From Takakia lepidozioides (taxonomy: Eukaryota > Plantae > Bryophyta), in NCBI GenBank assembly GCA_030704615.1, contig CM060733.1, positions 9,734,001 to 9,798,000 on the forward strand: a stretch of 64,000 nt of DNA. Reading direction: 5' to 3'. Below the pieces are notes generated by a model that did no database searches, had not been told where the DNA came from, and worked only from the letters and a program-made list of their open reading frames with translations. Within the stretch, counting starts at the first letter, position 1. The number at the start of each line of letters is the position of its first letter. Of the stretch, positions 36,152 to 50,748 are shown in pieces. The position numbers were made by a program, and so were the translations under genes.

Positions 36152-39100
36152 TCAAAAAGCCGTGTCCTCACGGTTTACTGTTTCCGAGTAGCAAACCTTT
36201 GTGAGTGAGCACCTTGTTGACGTTGAGAGTTCGTCGTGGTGGGCTGCTGTGTGTACGAGCCCGAGGTCTGTCTCTGGTTGATGGAGATGGTTGATCACTA
36301 CCTGGATAAGTGAGGCCTTCTGGAGGCTGATATCGAGGTTAATCTTTCCGGCATAGGAGATCCCTTGGTTTCTTCTCTTCCATCTGAATGCATAGTCTTC
36401 TCCCATGTCAAAAGAATTGTGTGAAGAAACAGTTGTATCAGAATCCTCATCGCCTCTCAGGTGTTTTAATTTCGAACTTTTTGTGGAATCATCTGGGGCA
36501 TACAATGCTGTCCTACCATGTCTGGAAGTTTTTTTTTACAAACTGGGTGTAACCGCTGAACAGCAAAATTGGTGTAGGCACTGAGCTCCTTGTCTGTGTT
36601 AGCGGCGAGATGGGTACCAATTACTGGTGAAGCGTGCAAGTACTTCCATGCCACATGTCCCTTATAGAAAATGTCATCAAGTCCGAATTTCTGTGTTGAC
36701 AATTGGTTGCAGGCTGCTTGAAACCATGAACGAATTTGAGAATCCTTCTGCATCATAACTTTGGGTCATATAGGTACATATGAGGTGGCACCGAAGGTAA
36801 TACCCAATGATCTCACTGGAGTAACTTTGAAAGCGTGTTTGCATCTTTTGTTGCTCAATGTGGTAACGTACCAGAAAACAAGCAGCGTAGTATAGCCCGC
36901 ACCCATGACAATACTTGCTATCTCCTTGGTCTTGGTATAAATGAGTCCATGTACAACCTGGAAAGCAACCAATTCCCTCAACATGGTACCTGCCTCGTGC
37001 CAGTATTGTGCAAAGTGATGATCTTCAATATATCGATTGTTTGGAAGAACTTTAGTCCTAGTTGCCACTGGCAGCCAAATACGCATGATTTGGTAGTAAT
37101 GTGCGAATGACTGCGGAGGACTAAATTCTTTCCAAGCCAAATCCAACATGATGGGAATTTGGTTGAAGGGCATAGCATAGCCCTGCTGTACTCCCTTGCA
37201 GCTGGAGTTTTAGGTGGGTTAAAAGCGGCACATTGCCCCATACCTCGGCTGTGGTGGCTGTGGTGTGGTTGTAGTAACCCACAGTTCAGCTACTGGTACA
37301 CTGACCTGTTGTGGTGGTGGTGGTACTGGCTCCTGTATCATTGGCATCTCCTGCACCTCCTGTGAAGACTGAAAAGCCAGAGTTCTGGCTTGCAAATAAG
37401 AAGCCATTAGCTGTTCCTGAGGGATATAGACTCTTTGGTCGATGTTTGAAGTGAGGTCTTCCACTTGAGTCTGGAGTCCGTCTACATCCTCTTGTAACTC
37501 TGCTATCCTACTATAGACATTGTCTATAGTAATGTGGCAATGTTCTGCACCTGCAGTCTGAGCTCATTCATCTCGCTTTGGGTGAGCTTCCGTGGGCTTT
37601 TGCCCTCTACTGGCCCTGGTGCTAACCAGACCTGCATAAGGCTGTTATCCACCAAGCTGCTTGTGGTTCCCCTGAGAGTTTGCTCTTCTTAGCTTGTACA
37701 ATTCCAACTGCTGTTGTAAAGCCTCCATGCGCTTCGCCTGTGGCTCAACCAATTGCGCATAGGCAGCAAGTAGATTATTGGCTTCCTTCGAAGCCTTGTT
37801 ACTGACCGCGATTTCATTTCTATTGGCCACGATGGTTTGTTGCAACTCCACGATGTGGTTTCTCTTGATCAGCTTCCCTCTGCCTGTATTGCTTGAAAGT
37901 ATCTTCATGGCGACAGATTGTATTCTTCATATCGACAATGAGCTTCATTTGCTCAACATTCTCTTCTTCTGCCTTCGTACATTTTTCCGCTTGACTGTTT
38001 ATTTCTTTTGTTGATTGGTCAAGCATAGTTGTAAATGTAGCACATTGTATCGCCATCCTGTTATGCACTGTCTGCAACTCCGTATGTAGTGCATTCAGTT
38101 CTTGCAACTTGCTTTCATGCTGCACCTGCATTTGGTATAGCTGTTGCTTATGTGCTTCGTGCAACTGGTCTTGCGCGAGGTTGCCTCAATCAATTGTTGC
38201 TTGGCCAACTGCAAAGCCATTTCTGTATTGCCCAAGTCCTGCTTCATCTTGAGAGTGACCTCTTCATCGACCTTGTTTGCACACTCAGTGGCAAGTCGAG
38301 CCTCAAACTCCTTCCTGAGTTCCTCTTTCAAGGCTGTCAATTGGGTAATTGGAACATGGGATTTGACATAAGTCCCCAACAAATTAAGTGTCCTGCCTAT
38401 GGAACTCATCAGCATTGCCTGTTGAGGGTCATCATGGTGAGGTTGCTGCTGTTCCTCCCGATCTTCAACAGTATGATGTCTCACTAACCATTCAGGCCAT
38501 TGTCCCACCGGATTTTCTTCCTGAACTACTTCATCTGACTGGTGTTACAGTGTCATGACCTTCCGCCTGTGGTACCTCCAACACAGGTGTGTGATTATAT
38601 GCACCTCAGGATTTCCCTTGGGCAACTGTTGCACCTCTGGATTTCTGTCTCCTTGACCAGACCAGAATATTCATAGAGAAGGTCCCCTTTCTCATTTCTG
38701 CCACTATCTGCTCTGTAGTTGGAATCTCTATCCCTTCACTTTCCAAATCAATTATTTCGGGTTGAGCTGCATGGATAACTTGTGACCTTGTGACAAGTCG
38801 TTCAAGTGGCTGTGTTGGTTGTGATGCAGAAGTAAGTACTTCCTCCTCCCTCTCTGAAGGTCCTGCTTCCAGTAATAACATTCTTTTGTGCTGCTGTGCC
38901 CCTTCCTGGTCATGAGCTTGGGAAACATTATCATGCGGAATCCGTGAAGCCAGTGGATCCGCCACTACAGTCTTTCCCCTTCTCTGCCTCTTAGTCTCGG
39001 GTTGTGCTGCTAGTCCACCCTCACTGTGTGAAGAGCCTTGCTCTTCCATTGCAGTTGTTTCTGGCTCAAACACTCCCATTTCCTTCCTTTCTTGTGCATT

Positions 39101-39777
39101 AAGTATGCCAGAATTAAGGATTATTTGAGCAATGATTGGGCCAGACACTATGATAGGAGACTTTGCGGTAGTACCTTGTAATCTTTTCATCTCCTCTACT
39201 AGTGCGTTGTACATTATGTCCGCCCATTGTACTCTTGTCCCTTCAGCCTTTGAGTATTTCCTCCGTGAAGGATCTGCTCAAATATTGTTGGTTCTGTTTC
39301 AGGGCAAACAGAACGTTCAATACCTGGCCTATCTCTTTAACCCTGGGTACACAGCTTTGGTACAAGCATAACCCTGAGTTTTAAAGAAACTCCCTTCTTG
39401 GAATAAGTCCCCTATTTGCAGTCTTGCCCTGTGTTCCCCCACATGCACCTGACCTGCTGGCAATCGAAACAATTGCTGGAGGTATAGGGGAGTAAGCATT
39501 AATTCAACTCCTTCACCGTTGTTGTTCCTGTCCTTGGCTCAAAGTTCTGCAAAAATTGTAACATGTACTGTCTATGGTGTAGTGTCCAATCTAGGCTTTG
39601 CAATCCTTCCAATCTCAGCTCCTCCAGTATCTTTATCGCCTGTGGGGTAGCCATCGTTTGTTTCTGCAGAATTGTGGTGCTCTTCACCCTGATTTCCTCC
39701 ATTCCTCTCACTCTCTTCATCTTAGACTCACAGAACTGCTTTGGCGTGTAACAACTGCAGGAATGCCTGTAGTGCAC
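36152..39777 (-). pseudogene. Additional 3' ORF(s) in the env position: coiled-coil-rich protein(s), frameshifted
   Basis: Chain of sense-strand ORFs from 39777 to 36152 between INT and PPT; Q/E/K-rich heptad-like segments at 37645-38508. Confidence 0.7.
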
Positions 39778-40829
39778 AAAGCATAAACGTATGGTTGCCG
39801 CAGAAAGCTATGGGTAATCTCTTGTAAGCCTGCGGGGCTTGCAAGCATTGCTCAAGAGAAAAGCTCTGCTCTGTCGTTCGTGTCTATGCCACTGCGTAAG
39901 TATATTGCGAGCGTATAGTCTGTTAGTTCCTCCATAGTTTCAAGTTATAGCATTATGGCCTGTCCTGTCGAGACGCCCGTTACTCAGAACGACGCCGCCT
40001 CTTGCGCTCAATTTCCCTCCATTTTCTTGATCATTTCTCTGGTTTTCTATTGGCTGTATCTGCTGTGACTGGATTTTAATTTTATCTTCTTTAGTGGACT
40101 TTCCCTGTTGGATAGTCCACTAGGATCACACATGCGACATGAATTCGGCTTTTCTGTACTTGCCGTTCGTTCCGTTTCCCTTTTTCCGTATTCATTAATG
40201 GGCCCGCCTTTCATCCCATTTGACGGCCGTTTTTTCCTCTTTCTTTTGACACCTGTCCTTGCACTTCATTCTTGCTGTGTGTCGCACCCTGACCTCCACG
40301 TGTCTATTTTTAAAGTAATTTCCGTTTCCTCTTCCGTCATCCATTTTCCTGAAGTTATATGTGTCCACTTGTCCACTGATTCTATGGATGTGTAACTTTA
40401 GTAGGCTGTGTTGAGCTGTGACAGGCTGTGTCATACTGTGTTACCCTGTGATAGGCTGTGATGCACTGTGGTAAGCTGTGATGCATGTGCTGTGACACGC
40501 TTGGTAGGTTGTTATAGGCTGTGTTGCGCCGTGCTGGGATGTGTTGTGTTGTGATAGGCTGTGTTGCGCCTTGCTGGGCTGTGGTGGCTGTGTCACGTCG
40601 TGATGGGCTGTGGTTGGCTGTGTTGTGCGCTTGCTGGGCTGGGGTTGGCTGTGTCACGTCGTGATGGGCTGTGATAGGCTGTGTGTTGCGCCTTGGAGGG
40701 CTGTGATAGGCTGTGTCACGTTTGTTTTGCCCACCCTGGTCGTATATGCTGGGCCTAGCAACAAGTGTTCCATACTCCGTTCGTAACACTGGTGCAGCCC
40801 GTGACTGCTCTTGCGGTTCAACATGCAAA

Positions 40830-43800
40830 TCATGCTGCAGGGGTTTGTCATGGATACCACTGTAACCTTCAACTTATTTGCATTGACTCTTCCCAGCATT
40901 TCTTTGTTAATGGTGTTAACATGGCGGTGTTGTTATCATACATCTTTTGTATGACATAAGGTCCTTTCCACGGTGATTTAAGCTTAGAAGCTTGAATCTT
41001 TCCTTTCTTCTGCAACCATAGAACCAAATCCCCCGTCTTAAAAGTCTTTAACTTGCCTTCATCAAACTGTTCCTTTCGCTTCATCTGAATTCTGGTCATA
41101 TTATCAGCTGCATCAGCACGTACTTCTTCCACATGGTATAATTCATGTTTCCTGACCTTGATGGAGTCTTGCAATTCCATTCTTTTCCCCACTCCGTTCT
41201 CATGGTAGGTAACAGGAATTCCACTGGAAGTAAGGCTTCCATACCATAAACTAATTGGAATGGTGTATACTTAGTGGTGACTTTATATGAAGTCCTGTAT
41301 GACCATAAAGCTGTCAGCAGCTTTGTATCCCAATCCGTTCTGTTTGCATTGACTATCTTAGCCAAGATAGTACATAGTATTTGGTTGGTAGCCTCTGCCT
41401 GTCATTACCCTGTGGGTAATATGTTGTACTCTTTCTATGCACAATCATAAACTCTTTAGTCAATAACTCAATGGTCTCATTCATGAAGTGACTTCCTTGA
41501 TCACTGATAAATTCTAAGGGACATCCAAATCGTGTAAGTATGTTCTCGTACAGGAACCTTGCTGTGGACTTGGCTGTGTTGTCCCTCAAAGCTTTAGCTT
41601 CCACCCACTTTGTAGTATAATCAGTGGCTGGCTGTAATTATGTACCTGTTTCGTGTATTCTTGGATGGTGGATTAATTGGTCCAACAAAGTCTAGTCCCC
41701 ATTTCTGAAATGGTTCCGTAGGCATTGTAGGATGCAAGGCCATTCTTCCAGATCTCTGCAAAAGGTCCTAGCCTCTGACATTCATCACACTTCTGACAAT
41801 ACTCATGTACATCTTTGAACAAAGTAGGCCACCAGTATCCTGCGAGTAGTATCTTTCTACTGGTAGTCTCTTCTCCAAAATGACCTCCAGCCACTCCTTT
41901 ATGAACTTCCTCCAAGACTTTATTTACTTCATGGTGGTACAAGCATCGTTTTAGTACTCCATCAGGTCCTAACTTATACATCTGCTTCCTACCATAGTAT
42001 AAGGTAAAGCTCTGATAGCAATTCTCTTCCTCTGCTCCTTACCATAACTAGGTGGGCACTGACCATGAGCAAGGTAGTATCTGATTGGCCACTGCCAATC
42101 TAACCATTCATCTGCACTTCCTTGCACCTCCATTACAAATAAACTCGCATCAGGTAACTGATCGTCCACTCCTGTGGCGGCCTCTCCTGTTGTTAGTCGT
42201 GACAAATGATCTGCCACAAGATGCAAACGGCCAGGCTTGTAAATAACCTCGAACTCAAACTCATGCAAGATTATTAACCACCTCGCTATCCTTCCACTTA
42301 TCAAAGTTTGTTCACCAGATATATCAGAGCCTGGTGATCCACATAAAACATAAACTTTCTTCCCAATAGGTAATGCCTGAATTTCTTGACTGCATAATCA
42401 TTGCCAATGCTTCTCTTTCCGTTGTACTATAGTTCCTCTCAGCACTGTTCATCAATCGGCTAGCATAGTACACAGGTGAATCTATATTCCCTGTAACATT
42501 CTGGGCTAACACCGCACCCAACGCTTCTCCTGATGCATCGCAGTGAAATGAAATACTACATGCCAGTGAGGGTTAATCAGCACAGGTGTAGTTGTTACTG
42601 ACAGTGTAAGTTCCTCAACGCCTGTTGACATTCAGCTGTCCAGGCAAACACTGCATCTTTCTTCAGAAGCTTGCTCAATGGTGCTGCTATTTGTGCATAC
42701 CTTTTGACAAATCTTCTGTAATAACTGGTTTGCCCAAGGAATCTCCTTAAACTCTTAACATTCACTGGTGGTGGAGAGACTTTAATGGACTCTGTCTTCC
42801 TGGGATCCACAAGAAGTCCCTTCTTACACACAATGTGTCCCAGAAGCACCCCTGAGTTCACACAGAAAGTACACTTCTCTGGATTCAAGCCCAGACCTCT
42901 CATCCTGCATCTGGCCAGGCATAACTCCAATTTATGCAAGTGCTCATCTTAGAGCTTACGACACACTGAAATCATCCAAAAACACCTGCATGAAATCATC
43001 CAGATACTCATGAAAAGATTCACTTATCACTCTCTGAAAGGTCGCTGGTGCATTACAAAGTCCAAAGGGCATGACTTTGTATGCATAAGCCCCCAGTCTG
43101 TGATGAAAGCTGTTTTCCCTTGGTCTTCTTCTGCCACTTGCACTTGATTATAACCACTGAAGCCATCCATGAATGAGTACATCTCATGGCCTGCCACAGT
43201 GTCTAATACTGCTTCTGTGAATGGCAAAGGGAAAGGAAGGATCTTCTTCGTACAAGCATTCAGCTTCTTATAGTTCACACATACTCTTAGCTTGCCATTC
43301 TTCTTTGGAACTATAACAATGGGTGACAACCAAGTTGTATACTCTGGGGGTATAAACTTAGCCTCAGCCAACTTCTTTATCTCTCTCCAACCTTTGTGCG
43401 TAGTTGGGATTCATTCTATACCTCGTCTGCTTGATTGGTACTGACCTTGTTTCCAGTTCAATCTTATGCTGACAGACTTCAGGTGGTATCCCTTTTAGAT
43501 CCTCATAGCTCCAAGCAAATACATCTCTGTATTTGATGAACAAGCTTTTAGCTTCTTCGAAGAATTCCGGCTCCAAATCAGCTCCTACTTTCACCATTCT
43601 CGGTTCCTCCTGAGTTCCCACATTTACTTCTCTCACCTGCTCATCAGCTGTGATTGTCCAACCAGTCACACTTCATCCTTTAAGCTCACAGTGGCTGGTT
43701 CTTCTAGGATTTCTATCTCTCCTCCTTTTCTTCATAGAAAATGTGGTGGGTAACAGTTGGTTTCCTCTTCAATTAGTGTTGCCGACACTACACCACAGCA

Positions 43801-44340
43801 GATACCTCTTAAACAACTTAGGCTTTCCAGCCGCATCTCCGCAACCTGCTCCCATTCTGGGTGTGCAGCAAATAGGGTAGCTTCCTGCTCCTCATCCAGT
43901 CCTCCTCTCCAGTCATACTCTCTGACTCCTCGAGGTCTTCTTGTAGCAGGTAATCTACTAGATTTCTTTGTGGTAATTTGTATCTCGTGCATCCCATTAT
44001 GCACAGTTAGTAACTGAGAATTCCAGTCATGGAATACCCTGGCCTGTTTCAGCCACGGACGTCCCAATAATAAGGAGTAAGCCTCCATGACTTCATCCAT
44101 TTTTAATACAGTTACTGTGATCATAAAGATCATTTTCTATATCTGTATCTTAACTCCTCTTATTAATCCCAATGGCTGTACACTTCTTTGATCTGCCATT
44201 GTTACTGTAAATGGGGCTGGTTTCATGTTACTTAGACCAAGCTTCTTCCTTAATTGGTCTGTCATGATATTTACTCCAGAACCACTATCTATCAGTACAT
44301 CAGTTAGTTCTGTGCTTCCAATTCTCAATGGATTACTGGC
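40830..44340 (-). pseudogene. pol: pol (PR-RT-RNaseH-INT) of the nested element
   Basis: VLIDSGSGVN, LRVCVNYKKLN, FMDGFSGYNQ, FLGQTSYYRRF, YSTTEREALA, VADHLSR, GGHFG..CDECQR, ISDQGSHF, WKGPY. Confidence 0.95.
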
Positions 44341-44499
44341 ATAGAATCATCAAAGTCCATGACTGGTTCTCGCCCTTCCGGCTTCACATTATAACTGGTC
44401 ACCTTGCTGTTCAGGTCTGTGTTTCCTGTCTCTTGGGCAATTCGATTGATTGCCTGATACAGCCTGTGCCTACAATAAGGTGCCACAAGCTAATAGCTG

Positions 44500-46766
44500 T
44501 CCAATGGTAATTTCTGCTTTGGTCTGACATATTACTGCAGCCAAAGTCTCTTCATTACTTTGCATGTTTGCATCTTCTTTTTCCTTTCTTCCTCACTCCC
44601 TTCTTTTTCTCCATCCGAATCAGAGGAATCTGCCACAGGAATATCAGTACTCTTTTGCATTTCCCTTATAGTATCTGCCACTTCCTTGTGCAGTTCCTTC
44701 TTATCTTTCCAAGTCTCTTCATCTTCAGGCATATCATTGCCACTTCCATTCTCATCTTCTTCCTCTTCTACTGGAGGTATTAGTTTGGCTTTACTTCTTG
44801 TTACTATCATTGTACTTACTTCTGGTACAACACATGGCCTAACCATGTGAGCTGCCACCACTGGGCCCTCATTCACAGGAGCTCTCATCTCATTCTGGTG
44901 TCTTATCCAGAATGAACAGGCTGCTTGCGATGTCCTGGCTGATTACAATAGTAACATAGCTCTTCACCATTGGGTCCTCGCCCTTGGTCTGTTCTTGGAT
45001 TATTTCTATAATCCTGATTCCCGGGCTGGTAATTCCCCTTGGATTACCCTGATAGTTGCCTCTGGAATTTCCTTGGTAATTCCCCCTTGAATTACCTCTC
45101 CTTCCATGCCATTGTTATAACCACCAGACCTACCATAGTGGTCCTGATCATTGTTCTTCTTGGCTGGGGCTGCACCTGATGCACCCTTACTTGCCTAGGT
45201 TCTCTTGCAGCTGTCCTTCTGTTGTAGTAACAATTCTCAGTAGAATGGTTATCCATTTTACAGATAGTACAGTGTTTCTCCTTCATGTGGCATTCTGTGG
45301 TGGTATGGCCTTCATTCTGGCACTTTGCACACCATACACCCTTCCTCCAATGTGTGTTGCAGCCTGTGGCATACTTCTTCAAGATTTCTTCCAATTTTTT
45401 TTCATAGTTATCCCTCTTCAACTTTCATTTCTCTTACTCTTTCTTTTAGTTCTTGCTCTTCTTCTTCATCTGACTCATCCTCAGAGTCCTCATCTTCTTT
45501 TTTTCTCTCCTGAGCATTCCCAATTGCTCAATTCTGTTCGCAGTTTCAAATGCCTCCTCCACTGTATTATGGGGTAACGTATCCACTTCTTTTGCAACTC
45601 TGGTCTTAATCCACTCACAAACCAAGTCTTCTGTAAACCGGGCGCTGGTACTGCAGCCAGCTTTTTCATCATCAATTCCATCTTCTCCATATACTCTTCA
45701 ACAGTTTCATGCTTCTTCTGCTTCTGCTTCAGCTGTTGTAACTTCCATACACTTCATCCTCAGTTTTACTTGTCCTGAACCTATTTCGAAATGATGTATT
45801 CAAGCCATTCCAGGTTAGGAAATGATTATCAGAAATCTTGCATACCATTCACTTGCTTTCTTGATAAGTGAACAAGGAAACAGTCTCATCTTGGCATCAT
45901 CGCCATTCTCATTGTTCACTATACACATGTGCTCAAATGGGTAATGTGTACATCGGGATCCCCTTTTCCTGAATATATTGGAAAGGGTGGTTTTGCCCGT
46001 GTTGGTTGTAACGCCATCTGTGGCCCTACCTTCTGCCCACTGACAGGTGTGGCACCCTTGCTGGTGCTGGTCCTTCTGGACCTGTTGTTTTTGTGGTGGA
46101 TCTTCCACCAAGTGGTGGCCCTTGAGCACTCCTTGCTTCTGGTCCCACGATATTCACAGTATTCCCAGCTTCAGTTGCACTACTTCCCACACTCCCTGTC
46201 CCCCCAGAGCCAGATCCAGGCAGCCCGCCTGATCCCCCTGAGCCGACACCTTCGTTGGCCTGTGATCCAAATGCTCCACTTGATCCAGGTCCAACGGGTT
46301 GGGATGTCCTGGTTGTAGTCTCAACCTCAGCTGTTGGGTCTACTTCTTCATATTCTTCCTCTTCTAATTTCTTCTCTCTGTTTTCATCCTCCAAGTTCTG
46401 CCCTTGGGTTTCTTCTTCACTCATGTAACTCAACTGTAATGGTGTTGGAGAGTCTGAACTCTCCGTTGGCTCTGCCACATCCTCTTCTCCTTCTTCATCT
46501 TCTGCTTCAGAAACTGGAGTTCCTGCTTTTGGTGTTCCACGCCAACTCTTATCAAAGATTTCTGTCAAGTCTTTTATCCAAGGATGTACCTCAGATCTTT
46601 CACCTCGTGATTGATCTTCTTCCTGTACCAATTCCCTTATCTTTCTTGCAACGAAACAGAAGGAGTGGCATCCAACTCTAGTTCTTCCGGTATAGGTGAT
46701 GCACTTTTTGATCTTGATGGTGTGAGAGGTCCAGATGATTCCCCTATGTCTATTCCTCTCTCCCAA
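44500..46766 (-). pseudogene. gag: gag of the nested element with zinc knuckles
   Basis: KMRLFPCSL..ASEWY, WFVSGLRPEL, CAKCQNEGHTTTEC, CTICKMDNHSTENC. Confidence 0.88.
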
Positions 46767-48510
46767 AGATATGGATAATTAGCTTTCAGATAGCTTTCTC
46801 TTTTGATGAATATCTCTGTCGTCTAGCTTCTCTTTCATCACTCATGTCCCATGTCTTTCATTTTTTAATGTGGCAATAACCAAAACTCTCTTCTGTAATA
46901 TCTCTCGTATATGCCTGGGTTTCTTTCAAGCTTCAATGCACCCTTGGCTATACTTGAAGTCTCCGTTACCATATAACCATATGGCAAACAAGTCTGAAAA
47001 GCTGTTCTTGTGTGAGTTTGATCCACAAAATATCCTTTGGAATCCAATTCTTTACCAGTACAAGCTCTTCATGCATATGAGTATAAACATTCACCTTTCT
47101 TTCTTCCCAGCCTTCAAACTCTACTCGTTTAATGGATAGCAACGCTATCACATAAACTAATGTTGGTAACCAACGTGCTCTTCCTCTACAGGCTACCTGA
47201 TAAATCTTTATCACTCCTTTCTCCAGACCCCATTCTGGATCAGCATCATGCACTCGTTTAAGAATATTTTCTTTACATCCGTCTGGCAATTCCAAGAACC
47301 TTTGAAAGAATTGTTTGGACAATCTTTCTTCCCTCGTTCCACAGGGAATTTGATTCACTTCAAATTCTTTAATGGTCCAACCACCATGATCCCACCAGAT
47401 GCCTGTTACATCTGGTTGTTCATGTCCCAGGTCCCCAGTATGGTCGCCAAATGTCGCGCGGCTTTTACTCACCCATCCCTTCGCTATCCGAGGCGGAAAC
47501 TCCAAGATAGAAGAGTTGGAAATCTCTAAGTACTCAGCCCGCGCAGAACAATCAGTCATGACCTACAGCTAGTGTATCATGGGGGTGTTTCCTATTTGTT
47601 TCCCTTTCCGCATTCATCTTAGCTACCTTACCATTGATAATTAAGTATTAGTTTACTTCATCAATCTATCGGTTCTTCACTCATCCATTCAATCCACAGC
47701 TTCACTCAGATCTCTCTACACAGTGTGATTGTATCGTGTAAGTATCAGATTATGATTTATCAGGTATCAGGCCGAAGCCATTATGTCTCTAATCTGCTCT
47801 ACAATATCACTACCGCTTTGTATATATCAAGCATCTACTAATCCTCTTTCCTCCTTCACCGTGCTCTCCATCTTTTGCCTCCGATCTCCGCTCCAGCCTC
47901 ACTCAGAAGTCCTCCTCCGAATAATGATCCCCTTCATTCCCCGTTTCTCCCTTTATCCTCCTATCCGCGGTTCTAACCGTTTCCCTCTCTAACCGTCGTC
48001 TGTGAACTAACATGTTCCCTTCACAGGTGTTGTTCCCCACAGTCGTTCCTGTCCTACTCTTCGTTCCCTATTATCGTGACAGCTGTGTCAAGCGGTGACT
48101 GGCTGTGTTTGGCTGTGTCGGGCTGTGACGGGCTGTGACTAGCTGTGTGGCTGTGCCGGGCTGTGACTGGCTGTGTGGGATGTGTCTGCTGCTGTGACGA
48201 CTGTGACGGGCTGTGTGGGCTGTGTCTGCTGTGACGACTGTGACGGGCTGTGTTGGCTGTGTGGGCTGTGACGATGTGAAGGCTGTGTGGGCTGTGTGGG
48301 CTGTGTGGGCTGTGACGACTGTGACGGGCTGTGTGGGCTGTGTGGGCTGTGACGACTGTGACGGGCTATGTCGGCTGTGACGACTGTGTAACCCCCCTCT
48401 ACAGTGCGCTGCTGTCACCCCTAAGGCTCCTGTTGGTCTCAGTCTGTGCAAAATTAAGGGTACCCTACAGATCCCGTATAAGTGTCTAAGTCCCCTACAG
48501 TCCTCTAACA

Positions 48511-50748
48511 GTAGTCATCTATTTGGACGACATTTTGATATTTTCGAAGAGTGAAGAAGAACATGGTCGCCATGTACGCCTTGTCCTTGATAAATTGAGG
48601 GAAAAAAAACTATATGTCAAGTTGGAAAAATGTCTTTTCCACCAATCTGAAGTCGAATTTTTGGGCTACATTATTTCCGACAAATGAGTCTTTATGGATC
48701 AAAAGAAAATACAAACCATCATCGAGTGGATTAAACCAACTTCGGTTCGAGATGTACAATGGTTTTTAGAATTTGCAAATTTCCATAGAATCTTCATCAA
48801 GGACTACTCCAATATTGCTGCACCATTGACACGACTCACATGGAAGGACAAATTTGTATGGGACGAGAAGGCTGACCAAGCATTTGAAAGGCTGAAGTAG
48901 GCATTTACAACGGCTCCAATACTGGTACATGCAGACCCATCTAAACCATTTTTTTTGGAAGCAAATGCATCGGGCTTTGTACTTGGCGCAGTACTATCTC
49001 AATATGGTACAAATGGCCGACTTCACCCTGTTGGTTTTCGTTCTCGCAAATTTTTCGCGGCGGAGATCAATTATGAAATCCATGACAAATAACTTCTAGC
49101 GATTATCGGTGTTTGTGAAGAGTGACGTCATCTATTGGAGAGAGCTCAACATCAGGTCACTGTCTATACTGATAACAAAAACCTCGAGTATTTTATGAGT
49201 GCTCGTATTTTGAATCGACGTCAAGCGAGATGAAGTATGTTACTAGCAAGATTTGATTTTGTTATTATATACCGTCCCGGATATTTTCAAGGAAAATCAA
49301 ATGCTCTTTCTCGACGATCGTATCTTGCGCCAAAGGAAGAGGATGCAGCTTTTGACCAACAAAAATCCATCATCTTGAAACCAGCAAATCTCCAATTGAA
49401 TATGTTATCCATGTCCACCTATGACGATGCAGAGATCATAAAGGAGATTCAGGAAGTACTGAAGAGCGACCATTTTGTTACGACACTACAAAGTCAACTA
49501 AATCGACCTCGAGACAACCCACATGTTACAAACGACTTCGAATTCAAAGATGGTTTACTTTATTTCAAGGGACTTTTCTATGTACCTCCAGGACCTACAC
49601 GACTTCAAATTCTTCAAACATGTCATGATCTTCTGGCTGCAGGACATTTCGGCTTCAACAAAACAATGGAATTGATATCTAGGGATTATTGGCGGCCGTA
49701 GATGTGGAAACTAGTGAAAAAATTTATAAAATCTTGCGATACGTATGTTAGAGCGAAGGGAGCACGACATCGACCTTACGACCTTCTTCAACCATTACCC
49801 ATTCCCAAGGGTCCATGGTCGTCCGTGTCTATGGACTTTATTATGGACCTTCCAATTTCCAAGACCATCGATTCAATCCTTGTTATTGTAGATCGTTTTA
49901 CGAAGATGACACATTTCATTTCATGTAATAAGACGGTTACCGGCGAGGAAACTGCAAGACTCTTCCTCAATAATATCTAATGCATTCATGGACTCCCGAA
50001 GGACATCGTATCTGATCGAGGACCATAGTTCATATCAAATTTCTGGAGGGGATTATTTCACATATTGGATACTAAGATCAACCTCTCTACAGCTAATCAT
50101 CCACAAACTTATGGTCAAACCGAACGTGTAAATCAGATTTTGGAGCAGTATCTTCACTGTACGATAAATTATCACCAAGATAATTGGACGGACCTTCTGT
50201 CATTGGCTGAGTTTGCCTACAACAACACTATACATTATTCGACCAAGCAAACTCCATTTTTCTCCAATTATGGTCATCATCCTCGAGCTGTATAAAGCTT
50301 TGCTACTCATCTTGCTACGATTCACAAGGAGCTTACATCCCACCTCGCAAAAGCTCAAAAACAATACAAAGAGCATGAAGATCAACGTCGCCAACTCCAA
50401 CCCCAGTTCAAGGTCGGAGGTCTTCGACAGGACATACAAACCTCGCGACCATCAAGGAAGTTGGATTATTAATGCCTGGGCCCATTCAAAATTATTCGAC
50501 AAATAAATCCGGTCAGTTTTCGGCTTGAACTCCCACGAAGTATGCGCATCCATCCAGTCTGTTATGTTTCATTATTGGAGTTGTATCATCCATCGAATAT
50601 TCCAGGGAGAGTTTTCGTACCACCTCCACCAATCGAAGTCAATCAAGAAATTGAGTATGAAGTCGACGAAGTCCTAGCCAATGCCTCTGACAAAGTCCAA
50701 GAGTTTCATCAACGATATCCAGCTAAGCCCCGAGCTACACGTCAATAA
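48511..50748 (+). pseudogene. pol: pol 3' part (RT C-half, RNase H, INT) of copy 2; chromodomain largely deleted
   Basis: Resumes VVIYLDD; SMDFIMDLP, GQTERVN; ends [18 protein letters not shown]. Confidence 0.95.

Larger units (their letters stand above)
35148..48510 (-). mobile_element. Non-chromoviral Ty3/Gypsy element (Athila/Tat-related) with extra ORFs
   Basis: LTRs 35148-36137 and 47452-48510; perfect TSD GTAGT (35143-35147, 48511-48515); PPT 36138-36151; PBS TGGCGACCATACTGGGGA on the minus strand at 47432-47449. Confidence 0.97.

Noticed and set aside
46966-47559. 197-aa ORF as a standalone gene with this start
   Set aside because: It begins inside the LTR and crosses the PBS; only the part downstream of the PBS may be real coding.
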